Shown: piece after piece, positions 21,287-30,442 of the stretch | Layout: every line of letters begins with the position of its first letter | Numbering within the stretch: position 1 is the first letter of the stretch | Assembly (NCBI GenBank): GCA_022450865.1 | Contig: JAKUOQ010000004.1 | Coordinates: 1 to 58,592 of the forward strand | Length of the DNA: 58,592 nucleotides | Origin: Nitrospinales bacterium | GTDB lineage: Bacteria; Nitrospinota; Nitrospinia; Nitrospinales; VA-1 | Reading direction: 5' to 3' | Position numbers and translations under genes: made by a program | The notes under the pieces: model-generated | Database searches by the model: none | The model's input: only the letters and a program-made list of their open reading frames with translations | What the model was told of the DNA's origin: nothing

Positions 21287-22258
21287 TTATTGCTGCAAGA
21301 GTGAAGCCGCTTCAATAGCTCCATAGGTAAAGATCATGTCGGCTCCAGCGCGTCTCATACTCAAAAGAGATTCCATAAGACAGCTTTCATAATCCAACCA
21401 ACCTTTTTCTGCTGCTGCTTTTAGCATCGCATATTCGCCGCTGACATGATAAGCGGCAATGGGTAATTCAGAATGTTCACGGGTCAAACGTATCACATCG
21501 AGATAAGGTAGGCCAGGTTTGATCAACAGCCAGTCGGCTCCTTCTTCTTCGTCCAAATGTATTTCACGGATAGCTTCGCGAGTATTTGCCGGATCCATTT
21601 GATAGGTTTTCTTGTCCCCTTCTTTAGGTGTCGATTCCAATGCATCACGAAAGGGCCCATAAAATGCTGAGGCATATTTTGCACAATAGCTACAGATCAA
21701 AACATTTTCGAACCCAGCCTCATCAAGAGCCCAACGAATCGCTTCAATTCGTCCATCCATCATATCTGAAGGAGCAACGACATCAACCCCAGCCTTAGCT
21801 TGTGCAACTGCCATAGCGGCCAGTAGCGGCAGAGTTTCATCATTGAGTATTTGTCCATTCTGGACGAGACCGTCATGCCCATCGCTGGAATAAGGATCCA
21901 ATGCCACATCCGTGATAACTACCAATTCAGGTACTTCTTTTTTTAATTCTTTAACCGCTCGTTGCAATAGACCGTCCGGATTTACACTTTCTTTACCTTC
22001 TGGATTTTTTAGGGAATCATCAATGGCAGGGAAAAGAGCAACCGCTGCAACACCTAAATCAAAAGCCTTTTTTGAATCAGCAACCAATTGATCTATAGAA
22101 AGTCGCGATATACCTGGCATTGAAACAATAGGTGTTCTTTGGCTTTTTCCTTCTTGAACAAAAGTAGGCCAGACCAAGTTTTTAGGTTGGATAGTTGTTT
22201 CTCCAACGAGAGCGCGGATTCTTGGGGTCAATCGGTTTCTTCTAGGACGGTTTATCAT
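21287..22258 (-). CDS. hemB: Porphobilinogen synthase (Asp-rich, non-Zn type)
   Basis: DVALDPYSSDGHDG, SDMMDGR, FYGPFRDA, KPG, VSGEYAM. Confidence 0.97.
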   Translation of the reverse strand: MINRPRRNRLTPRIRALVGETTIQPKNLVWPTFVQEGKSQRTPIVSMPGISRLSIDQLVADSKKAFDLGVAAVALFPAIDDSLKNPEGKESVNPDGLLQRAVKELKKEVPELVVITDVALDPYSSDGHDGLVQNGQILNDETLPLLAAMAVAQAKAGVDVVAPSDMMDGRIEAIRWALDEAGFENVLICSYCAKYASAFYGPFRDALESTPKEGDKKTYQMDPANTREAIREIHLDEEEGADWLLIKPGLPYLDVIRLTREHSELPIAAYHVSGEYAMLKAAAEKGWLDYESCLMESLLSMRRAGADMIFTYGAIEAASLLQQ

Positions 22259-22339
22259 GGCGTATCTTATTGTTGAAAAAGGTATTTTGCCTACTTATGA
22301 GAGGATAACCAATCATTTTTAGCAATGCAACCTGTTTCC

Positions 22340-22374
22340 AAAAAAACAAAACCCTGCCGGGCCTCGACAGGGTT
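22340..22374 (-). terminator. Intrinsic terminator after tRNA-Asn
   Basis: Minus strand AACCCTG-TCGAGGCCCGG-CAGGGTT followed by a T-rich tract. Confidence 0.7.
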
Positions 22375-22410
22375 CGAAATAAAAGCATCGTCTTAAAGAC
22401 GGTTTATAAA

Positions 22411-22485
22411 TGGCTCCGGTGAGAGGACTCGAACCTCTAACACATCGGTTAACAGCCGATTGCGCTACCATTGCGCCACACCGGA
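22411..22485 (-). tRNA. tRNA-Asn (GTT), CCA encoded
   Basis: Acceptor stem TCCGGTG/CACCGGA, anticodon arm ATCGG-CTGTTAA-CCGAT, T arm AGAGG-TTCGAGT-CCTCT, GCCA end. Confidence 0.97.
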
Positions 22486-22521
22486 ATGGTTTTATGAGAA
22501 TTTTCGATTTTAAAGGTTTGA

Positions 22522-22550
22522 AAATTAAACTTGTTTTACCATATTGTCAA
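22522..22550 (-). promoter_or_regulatory. Probable tRNA promoter
   Basis: TTGACA-17 nt-TAATTT. Confidence 0.55.
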
Positions 22551-22666
22551 GCGGAATTGTACCCCCTAAAAAGGGATTGATTGCTTTTACGCTAAGGGTT
22601 TTGGTCTATTTACGCATTCGGAGCATGAAAGGCGAGGAAGAATATTATTTGATCCATACCCAGTGG

Positions 22667-23266
22667 TTAGCCCATTTCCATACGTCCTTCGAGGGATTTC
22701 AGCAGGGTGACGGAATCGGCGTATTCGATATCGGATCCTACCGGCAAGCCCCTAGCGATGCGTGTAACTTTTACATTTAGTGGTTTAAGAAATTTTGAAA
22801 TATAAACGGCGGTAGACTCACCTTCCATATCTGGATTGGTAGCAAGAATCACTTCTCGAACATTTTTGCTAGCAACTTTCTTTTTTAAAAGTTCAATATT
22901 CAAATCGTCTGGGCCAATTCCATCCAACGGAGAAATGACCCCCATTAAGACATGATACACGCCTTTGTAATAGCCCATATTTTCCATAACGTAAACGTCA
23001 TGAGGTTCTTCTACGACACAAATCTGTTTTTGGTCTCTGGAGCTATTAGAACAAATTCCACAAGGATCAGTTTCGGTTATTCCGTGACAAACAGAACAGA
23101 GGATAATTTTATCTTTTATATTTTGAATTGCATTTGCAAGTTTGGTGGCTTGATCCACTTTACTGCGCATCAAAAAGAACGACAAACGCTCAGCAGTCTT
23201 TTGTCCAACCCCTGGGAGCCTTTTCAATTCTTCTATAAGTTCTGTTACCGCCGTTGGTCTTTTCAT
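22667..23266 (-). CDS. recR: Recombination mediator RecR
   Basis: LPGVGQKTAER HhH, C4 zinc finger, Toprim YHVLMG and ATNP. Confidence 0.97.
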   Translation of the reverse strand: MKRPTAVTELIEELKRLPGVGQKTAERLSFFLMRSKVDQATKLANAIQNIKDKIILCSVCHGITETDPCGICSNSSRDQKQICVVEEPHDVYVMENMGYYKGVYHVLMGVISPLDGIGPDDLNIELLKKKVASKNVREVILATNPDMEGESTAVYISKFLKPLNVKVTRIARGLPVGSDIEYADSVTLLKSLEGRMEMG

Positions 23267-23489
23267 AGGGTGGCGCTAAATTATATAGCAATATCTTTTT
23301 TAATTAGCATCTGTTCTACAGGGATTGATAAATTGTTTTTCCATTTTCTCTAATGTTCTGGGCATATGCGTCGCTAGGGATATCCGAATCCCAATGAAGT
23401 TCGTAAAGACCCTCCATGCCTTTAAATTTAATTCACAGTATATTTAAATGTATTGAAAAAAATTTTAGAAATTTGCGAAGTTACATTTC

Positions 23490-23816
23490 TTAAGTCGGGG
23501 GGAATAAGCCGGGAATTTTTATGCCCCCGGTCACTTTTGTCATTTCACCCTGAGCCAATTGTTTAACCTCCTTGCTGGCTTCGTTGACGGCACCCGTAAT
23601 CAAATCTTCGAGAACTTCTCGGTCTTTCATGTTAATCAGTTCATCATCAATTTTAATGGATATGATCTCATTGAGTCCATTTGCCACAACTTTTACCATA
23701 CCGCCACCGGTGCTTACTTCAATTGTCTTTTCAGCTAAGCCTTCTTGAATTTCAGCAAGTTTAGATTGCATTTCTGATGCTTGTTTGAATAACCCTGTCC
23801 AACCTTTATCAAACAT
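23490..23816 (-). CDS. ybaB: YbaB/EbfC nucleoid-associated protein
   Basis: GGGMVKV, LEDLI..AVNEA; lies between dnaX and recR; start MFDKG. Confidence 0.92.
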   Translation of the reverse strand: MFDKGWTGLFKQASEMQSKLAEIQEGLAEKTIEVSTGGGMVKVVANGLNEIISIKIDDELINMKDREVLEDLITGAVNEASKEVKQLAQGEMTKVTGGIKIPGLFPPT

Positions 23817-23865
23817 GATATTTATAAATGCCCAAGAACATTTTCCTCCTTTTTCGTAATAACTA

Positions 23866-25458
23866 TCATTTGACCACAATGCCTCCAAAAATGTCCAGAG
23901 CGTCTTGAATAATTTCCGATTCAGATTTCTGTTTTCCAGTTTCAGGGGCTATGAACTTTTTTTTTTCTTCATTAGTAGATTGAATAGGAGACTCCTGAAT
24001 AGACGTGTCGAGGATTAATTTTATATTCACGTCATCACCACAAACTGTCTTTATGGTTTCTTTCAGGAACTGAATATTTTCGGGCGCCTCTACTAAATCA
24101 AAAGTAAAGTTATCAGAAAATGCCAGTTGAATTTCCTTATCGCTAAAAACCGGTACCTGACATTTTTCAAGATAATGCTCAAAAAATGGTTTTGTACTTG
24201 CAACCTGTTGCTTGATTTGATCCCATAAAACCTGAGTATTCTGATTGCCCGTTACTGAAACAGTAGGGCTTTCTTTAGAGTTTTTTTTTCTTGAAAAGTG
24301 TTGAACCGGCTCGATATTATCGTTTTCAGCCTGGTTGATCTTTTCTATGAGTTCATCGATTTTTTTAAAGGGTCGTGTTTCTATCAATCGCAATAAAGCC
24401 ATTTCAAAAACCATTTGCGATAGGGAACTTTTTTTCATTTCCATTTCGGCTTTTGATAGAACCGAAAACATAACCTGCAACTCATCGGCGTGAAAATATT
24501 CTGCCTGTTTTTTTAAGGTTTCTAAACTACAGGTATGGGTATTAATCAAAGTTTCAGGCTGATTTGAAAATTTCACTATCAAAAGATTTCTTAAATACTC
24601 CATAAGGCTGCGACAAAATAACCCAAGATCTTTTCCCTGTTTTACTATTTCCTGTATTAATGTAACCAGAACTGCTGGCTGTCGATCAATTAACCGGTCA
24701 ATAAAAGTTTCAAGAGTATTTCCGCCGACAATGCCCAACACCGCTTCAACGGATTCAGCATCTACTTTTCGACCGCTGTAGGCAATTACCTGATCTAACA
24801 AGCTCTGCGCATCGCGCATACTGCCCGCCCCAATTTTTGAAATATCTTCCAGGCCTCTTTTTTCGATATCAATTTTTTCCTGTTTGCAGATCAATTCCAG
24901 TTGCTGAGTGATTTGGGACTGCGACAAGGGTTTGAACTCAAAACATTGACAGCGGGAAAGAATGGTTTCGGGAATTTTTATTAGCTCTGTTGTAGCAAAA
25001 ATAAAAATTACCCGTGGCGGAGGTTCTTCAAGTGTTTTTAACAATGCATTAAAAGCACTTTTAGAAAGCATATGGACTTCATCAATGATGTAAACCTTGT
25101 ACCGAGCTGCTGAGGTGGCATATTGTACGTTATCTATCAAGTCGCGAACTTCCTGAACCCCATTGTTGGAAGCACCATCTATTTCCTGGACATCAATGCA
25201 ATTTCCTTCAGTTATTTCAGTGCAAAAGGTACAAAGACCACAAGGGTCAACGATAGGACCCTTTTCACAATTGAGGACACGGGCAAGAATTCGTGCGGTT
25301 GTTGTCTTACCCACACCACGAGTACCAGAAAATAAAAAAGCGTGCGAAATACGCTCCAGCTCTATTGCGTTTGAAAGGGTGCGGACAATATGCTCTTGTC
25401 CAATCAACTCACTAAATTTCTGAGGGCGCCATTTCCGGGCTGAAACCTGGAAGTCCAT
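23866..25458 (-). CDS. dnaX: DNA polymerase III subunit tau/gamma
   Basis: ARKWRPQ, GTRGVGKTT, DEVHML, LEEPP, SRC. Confidence 0.97.
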   Translation of the reverse strand: MDFQVSARKWRPQKFSELIGQEHIVRTLSNAIELERISHAFLFSGTRGVGKTTTARILARVLNCEKGPIVDPCGLCTFCTEITEGNCIDVQEIDGASNNGVQEVRDLIDNVQYATSAARYKVYIIDEVHMLSKSAFNALLKTLEEPPPRVIFIFATTELIKIPETILSRCQCFEFKPLSQSQITQQLELICKQEKIDIEKRGLEDISKIGAGSMRDAQSLLDQVIAYSGRKVDAESVEAVLGIVGGNTLETFIDRLIDRQPAVLVTLIQEIVKQGKDLGLFCRSLMEYLRNLLIVKFSNQPETLINTHTCSLETLKKQAEYFHADELQVMFSVLSKAEMEMKKSSLSQMVFEMALLRLIETRPFKKIDELIEKINQAENDNIEPVQHFSRKKNSKESPTVSVTGNQNTQVLWDQIKQQVASTKPFFEHYLEKCQVPVFSDKEIQLAFSDNFTFDLVEAPENIQFLKETIKTVCGDDVNIKLILDTSIQESPIQSTNEEKKKFIAPETGKQKSESEIIQDALDIFGGIVVK

Positions 25459-25486
25459 AGGGTAGAACCTTATATAAAAAGCGAAA

Positions 25487-25620
25487 GGGAACTAAAGGTA
25501 GAATTGTTGGGGATCTCACAGCACATATGGGATTTTGTTACCGCTGCTTCCTTCCGGACCTGACGGGTTTCACAAAGCCATGTTGCGTGAGGCCCAACAA
25601 AACTACCAAAATAACTTCCC
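25487..25620 (-). ncRNA. ffs: Signal recognition particle RNA
   Basis: Helix-8 core GTCAGGTCCGGAAGGAAGCAGC (25543-25564) inside a long hairpin closing GGGAA/TTCCC; canonical position upstream of dnaX. Confidence 0.93.
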
Positions 25621-25751
25621 TCTATTGAGGGGTGAATATATTTTTGTTGATAAACAAACACCAACTTGATTTAACGAGAATTCAACACTCCCTCCTGCGG
25701 CTGCCCATTTTCCAATGAGGGTAGTGATGTATAAAACTGAATTTCGTTCGA

Positions 25752-25780
25752 TTTTCCTTTACATCGCTTCACGTTGCAAC
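25752..25780 (-). promoter_or_regulatory. Candidate promoter for the ffs-dnaX transcript
   Basis: TTGCAA-17 nt-GAAAAT. Confidence 0.4.
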
Positions 25781-26070
25781 ATTTTTCTTAAGCAAATCCA
25801 TGGCGTAAAAATAAATTGCTGCAAAGCCTTGTGTTTTCTACCGTATCTCTTTTTCAGGGAAAACCAAGGAATAGTAAAAAGTACGATGCCTACCACGAGT
25901 TTATGGGTTGATAAAATACTTCGCTCTTACTTGCTTGGGTCGGACTTTTGTCTTAATACCCGATTTACATTTTTGTGTTTTCTGTTAGAAAAGGTGGTGG
26001 TCTGTCTCCAAGCTACTTTCGGTTAAATTGACCTTCTTTTTACTCAGAGGGGGCGGGGACATTTTGTTGA

Positions 26071-26688
26071 TTACGACAGACCGGGAAGAAGGATTTTTAA
26101 TTCTTCGGCGATCATGCCAATGGCTAGGCTACCCAAGAGCAATCCCATGATCTGATGAATAAATTTAATCCCTGTTTTGCTAAGGCTATTTAATATGATC
26201 TTGCTTAGCTTGAGGGTAATCCAAATTAGAAACCCAGCTAAAATAAATTCGGATAGAATAATAACTCTTTCAAGTCGGGTAGAAATCTCGTCTGATTGAA
26301 TGATGACAATGCTGAGGGCAGCAGGTCCAATAAAAAGTGGGAATGTAAGTGGCATCAGCGAGATATCCTCCTTATCGTCGATTTCTTCTGAAAAAGAATA
26401 GAAATTTTTTTCATTGGACAACATGGTGAAGGAAATATAGACAAGGAATATCCCACCAATAAGTTTAAAGGCAGACATTTTTATGCCGAAGAAAGCAATG
26501 ATATATTTCCCAAATAAAAATGAGGCTACCAATAAAATTACAGCTGAACAGGCAGTTTTTAGCGCAATAGATTTGTGCTCTGCATCTGTTTTATGAGAGG
26601 TTAACGCAATATATACAGGGATGTTGCCAATCGGGTCTATAACGGCAACAAGAATTATGAATGTTTTAATCAATTCGGTGGCATCCAT
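26071..26688 (-). CDS. MarC family membrane protein
   Basis: DPIGNIP, PLTFPLFIGPA, about six hydrophobic segments. Confidence 0.9.
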   Translation of the reverse strand: MDATELIKTFIILVAVIDPIGNIPVYIALTSHKTDAEHKSIALKTACSAVILLVASFLFGKYIIAFFGIKMSAFKLIGGIFLVYISFTMLSNEKNFYSFSEEIDDKEDISLMPLTFPLFIGPAALSIVIIQSDEISTRLERVIILSEFILAGFLIWITLKLSKIILNSLSKTGIKFIHQIMGLLLGSLAIGMIAEELKILLPGLS

Positions 26689-27052
26689 CTTTTACTCCTT
26701 TGCTCTCCGCTGGTAGTGAAGCTCATTGGGCTCTGAGTTAATATCTAGAATAGGGTATTTATCTCAATATTTCACTAATAAGTCGGACAGATTTAAATTC
26801 TGGTATTCTTTTGGGGACTGTTATATAATGAATCAATACTTTATGTGGTTATAGCCGTCTAGGGAATTACAGGTGTAGTGGTTTTTGGTTGTGCAGTATC
26901 CGACCCCAGATTTTCTCCCCCGTTTTCTCACTAAGCTCAAACCCCCTAAAAATTTTTGTTAGAAGACTACCGAGTCGCTGATTGCGGAGTTTAATCTAAC
27001 GACGTCTAAGTTTGTCAAAAGACGTTTTTTATCTTCAATTTATAAGGAAATT

Positions 27053-28378
27053 ATGCATACCAACATAACACCACAAACACCTAATGGATTCGATTCTCTA
27101 AATTTGATAAGCCCCTTATGTAGGGCAGTTAATGAGAAAGAATATTCGAACCCAACCCCCATCCAAATGCAAGCTGTTCCGCATCTTTTAAAAGGCCGAG
27201 ATCTTTTGGGATGTGCGCAAACAGGAACAGGAAAAACAGCGGCATTTGCATTACCAATCCTTCAACGCTTGAAAGAAAATTATCAACCAGTTGGGCGGAA
27301 GGAGATACGTTCTCTAATCCTGACTCCAACACGGGAACTTGCAGTGCAGATCATGGAGAGTTTTGAGGATTACGGGCGCTATTTAAATTTAAAACAGACT
27401 GTTATTTATGGCGGCGTAAGACAGGAAAAACAAGTTAAAGCCCTTAAATATGGAGTTGATATTCTGGTGGCCACTCCAGGAAGGTTGTTGGATTTGCACA
27501 ACCAGAAATATTTACGTCTTGACAAGGTAGAGGTTTTTGTTCTCGATGAGGCAGATCGCATGCTGGACATGGGCTTTCTGCCAGATGTGAAAAAAATTCA
27601 TTCCTTTATAACCAAAACTAGTCAGACTATGTTGTTCTCAGCTACCATGCCTATTGAGATACAACGTCTTACCAAAGGCTTCTTAAAAGACCCGATAAAA
27701 GTTGAGGTGGCTCCGCCTTCCACTACTGTTGATAAAATCGATCAGCGGGTATTATTTGTAGACCGGGAAAATAAGGGGGCATTGCTAAAATCCATGTTGG
27801 AAGATGCAACAATCGAAAGAGCCCTTATCTTTGCTCGTACCAAGCACGGAGCCAATAAGATTGTAAAAAATCTGAGTAAAGGCAAAATCAAGGCAGATGC
27901 AATTCATGGAAACAAATCACAAGCGGCTCGGTTAGAAGCTTTGAATAAATTCAAAACTGGGAAAATCCGTGTTCTAGTTGCAACTGATATAGCATCTAGA
28001 GGGATCGATGTGGATGGAATAACTCATGTAATCAACTATGAATTGCCGAACGAACCGGAAAGCTATGTCCATAGAATCGGCAGAACGGCAAGGGCAGGAG
28101 CCGCAGGTATAGCTCTATCCTTATGTGACTTGGGAGAACTCGGTTATTTGAAAAAGATTGAACGCACGACAAATAAATCTGTAGTGATGGAGAAAGATCA
28201 TATCTATCATTCGGAAACCATTGCTTCCAAAAGAGGTCGTTCCTCGGGATTCAAGACCAGGTCGACTCAGAAAAAGAGGTTCTATGGCAAAGGTTCATCT
28301 TCGAGAAAAAATAGCAAGCCTGCTACGAGAAGAGGTCGGTATCAACGTGAAAGACCAGAGCGTGGCAGGAAAAATTAG
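27053..28378 (+). CDS. rhlE: DEAD-box RNA helicase (RhlE-like)
   Basis: PTPIQ, AQTGTGKT, PTRELA, DEAD, SAT, HRIGRTARA; Arg/Lys-rich tail. Confidence 0.88.
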   Translation: MHTNITPQTPNGFDSLNLISPLCRAVNEKEYSNPTPIQMQAVPHLLKGRDLLGCAQTGTGKTAAFALPILQRLKENYQPVGRKEIRSLILTPTRELAVQIMESFEDYGRYLNLKQTVIYGGVRQEKQVKALKYGVDILVATPGRLLDLHNQKYLRLDKVEVFVLDEADRMLDMGFLPDVKKIHSFITKTSQTMLFSATMPIEIQRLTKGFLKDPIKVEVAPPSTTVDKIDQRVLFVDRENKGALLKSMLEDATIERALIFARTKHGANKIVKNLSKGKIKADAIHGNKSQAARLEALNKFKTGKIRVLVATDIASRGIDVDGITHVINYELPNEPESYVHRIGRTARAGAAGIALSLCDLGELGYLKKIERTTNKSVVMEKDHIYHSETIASKRGRSSGFKTRSTQKKRFYGKGSSSRKNSKPATRRGRYQRERPERGRKN

Positions 28379-28462
28379 AAATTTAGTTTTTGCTGAGGTG
28401 TTCCTTTTTTAAGGATAGATTTGGTATGATAATGCCTGATAAAAATATTTTTAAGGTGAATT

Positions 28463-28543
28463 ATGATGCTTAAATTCATGGCCTGGTTTTCAGCTTTTGT
28501 CACCATCGGGTTTATAGTATTGATGGTATTCGACTACGGATAA
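28463..28543 (+). CDS. Putative 26-aa single-TM peptide (not in ORF track)
   Basis: AAGGTG SD-like; MMLKFMAWFSAFVTIGFIVLMVFDYG. Confidence 0.45.
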   Translation: MMLKFMAWFSAFVTIGFIVLMVFDYG

Positions 28544-28573
28544 TAAAGTAGGTAGAGTTATTGAGCTAGATTC

Positions 28574-29104
28574 ATGAAGGTCACGCCCCCTTTAATCAAA
28601 GCATTTTTCATTTTTCCCATGAATATTATGGGGACGATCCCGGGTTTTCTTCTTTGGTCTTCGCGGGAGGGTGGATTTTTTGAAAAATACCCGCTGAGTT
28701 TTGACCTCATTCGATCTTTCCCGGGTGGACTTTTAATCGGTGTCGGTGCAAGCCTATGTTGGATAGCCGTTTCTCTGTTCTCAGAATACGGAGGTGGCGG
28801 GACACCTGCCCCGTATGATCCCCCAAAATATTTTGTGGCGCGTGGTGTATATAGACATGTAAGAAACCCTATGATGATAGGAGTAATTCTGGTTTTATTG
28901 GGAGAGGCGATGCTCTTTGGGTCTTTACCTGTTTTTATTTGGGCCCTTATTTTTTTCCAAGCATGTCTGGTTTTAATACCTTTTTGGGAAGAACCCGACC
29001 TGGAACATAGGTTTGGAGAAGCCTATTTGGAATACAAACGCAAAGTCCCAAGATGGATTCCTAAACTAAAATCCGAACCTCGGACAGATTTAAATGGACA
29101 ATGA
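28574..29104 (+). CDS. Isoprenylcysteine carboxyl methyltransferase / PEMT family membrane protein
   Basis: GTPAPYDPP, GVYRHVRNPM, EE..L..RFG..Y..Y...VPRW. Confidence 0.88.
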   Translation: MKVTPPLIKAFFIFPMNIMGTIPGFLLWSSREGGFFEKYPLSFDLIRSFPGGLLIGVGASLCWIAVSLFSEYGGGGTPAPYDPPKYFVARGVYRHVRNPMMIGVILVLLGEAMLFGSLPVFIWALIFFQACLVLIPFWEEPDLEHRFGEAYLEYKRKVPRWIPKLKSEPRTDLNGQ

Positions 29105-29261
29105 AAAAGAAAAATATTCGTTGATCGATTGGATAGGCAGCTTGATCGGGTTCGTAGTGATAGGTTTTATTGTTTTTATACTCCTCTGGCCTCTTATTGA
29201 TCCTACCCCAGATAAATCTTCTTCACTGAAAGAAAACATTCATAAGGCTATAGGAAAATAA
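29094..29261 (+). CDS. Putative 55-aa single-TM protein (not in ORF track)
   Basis: ATG overlaps upstream gene end; MDNEKEKYSLIDWIGSLIGFVVIGFIVFILLWPLIDPTPDKSSSLKENIHKAIGK. Confidence 0.55.
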   Translation: MDNEKEKYSLIDWIGSLIGFVVIGFIVFILLWPLIDPTPDKSSSLKENIHKAIGK

Positions 29262-29268
29262 GCATTTC

Positions 29269-30000
29269 CTAATCAAACGGAGGCTGGCTTTTTCTTTGGT
29301 ATTCTTCTTCTGTTAAATTCATTCTCCCAAGAATAAATTTTTTTTTCCTTTCTGCAATGGAAACGACCAAAGAATCCTTTTTTTCTTTTCCGAGTTGCCT
29401 GGAAATTTCGATTTCCCTTATAGCTTTTTTCCATTCTTCCAAGCTTTCATAAACACTGATTAAATTTAAATGGGCCTGTGTATGACTTGAGTCTATTTCT
29501 AGCACTTTGTTGTAGTACTCTTTGGATTTTTCCAAATTCTGGTGATACCAATACTCTAAAGCGATTTTGAAAAGAATTTCAGGATCATTCTTTTTAAGAT
29601 CGGCGGCTATAAGGTATTGTTCGACGGCAAGGTCATTGCGGGTTATCATTGAATAGGTTTTCCCCAGCCCTAGCCTAGAGTTTAAATTTTTAGGATCAAT
29701 AGCGATGGCATTTTTAAAGGCCTCGACAGATTCATTTTTTTTGTCGGCTTCAAAAAGGATCAGACCTATTTGGTTATAAGCAGGAACAAATTTAGGGTCA
29801 ATTTTAACGGCCATATTTAAAATTTCAATGGCCTCGTCGTAGGCGCCAATTCTTTGCTTTTCTTTGGAGTTTTCGAGTAAAACTTTCGGGTCTTTAGATA
29901 AAGCTGCTGTCTGAGCATCTTCAGTCGTTTCAATGGTGCTGTCACAGGCCATCAGCATCATGAAAATATAAAGAAAAACTATTGCAATTTTTGCAGTCAT
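29269..30000 (-). CDS. TPR-repeat lipoprotein
   Basis: LMA-C lipobox; about five TPR units. Confidence 0.85.
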   Translation of the reverse strand: MTAKIAIVFLYIFMMLMACDSTIETTEDAQTAALSKDPKVLLENSKEKQRIGAYDEAIEILNMAVKIDPKFVPAYNQIGLILFEADKKNESVEAFKNAIAIDPKNLNSRLGLGKTYSMITRNDLAVEQYLIAADLKKNDPEILFKIALEYWYHQNLEKSKEYYNKVLEIDSSHTQAHLNLISVYESLEEWKKAIREIEISRQLGKEKKDSLVVSIAERKKKFILGRMNLTEEEYQRKSQPPFD

Positions 30001-30205
30001 TCCCGATTAACCATAAAAATGTTTAAATTACTATTTGCTCCTTATTATTACCTTATAATGTAATGATTAACAAGATGTGCAGGTGAGCACTTTGTTTCAT
30101 AATTATTTCTTTGATGAAGTATAGATATTTTTATAATAAAATCCTTTTTGATAGTTTTTAAAAAATTATTCTCAAAACTTAAAATGTATAGGCCGGGCAA
30201 ACACA

Positions 30206-30442
30206 ATGTCAGATGTGCTTTCATATTTAGAAAATGAAGATGGAGAGTTTGCGATTCCCTGTCAAATAAAAATTGCTGAAGATTGTGTCCAGCAGGGTGA
30301 ATTTTGCGAAGATAAGGAAGACGCCCGGGAGTGGGTTGAAGATGAGTGCTGGATTTCTTCCGGCGAAGGTTATTTCTGCACCCAATGTAATGAACAGGTC
30401 CTGCGTAATATTGCAAACCTTGCCACCAAAAAGATGATCTAG
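30206..30442 (+). CDS. Small acidic Cys-rich protein (possible metal binding)
   Basis: 78 aa, six Cys including CTQC, Glu/Asp-rich. Confidence 0.7.
   Translation: MSDVLSYLENEDGEFAIPCQIKIAEDCVQQGEFCEDKEDAREWVEDECWISSGEGYFCTQCNEQVLRNIANLATKKMI

Noticed and set aside
22411-22485. tRNA-Asn as integration site of a genomic island
   Set aside because: No integrase and no duplicated tRNA 3' end noticed; flanks are housekeeping genes
23316-23417. 33-aa minus-strand ORF MEGLYELHWDSD... between ybaB and recR
   Set aside because: Too short and no recognisable motif; cannot be supported
25470-26026. ORFs 25470-25664 (-) and 25715-26026 (+)
   Set aside because: The first coincides with the SRP RNA; the second has no SD or protein-like pattern and overlaps the ffs promoter region
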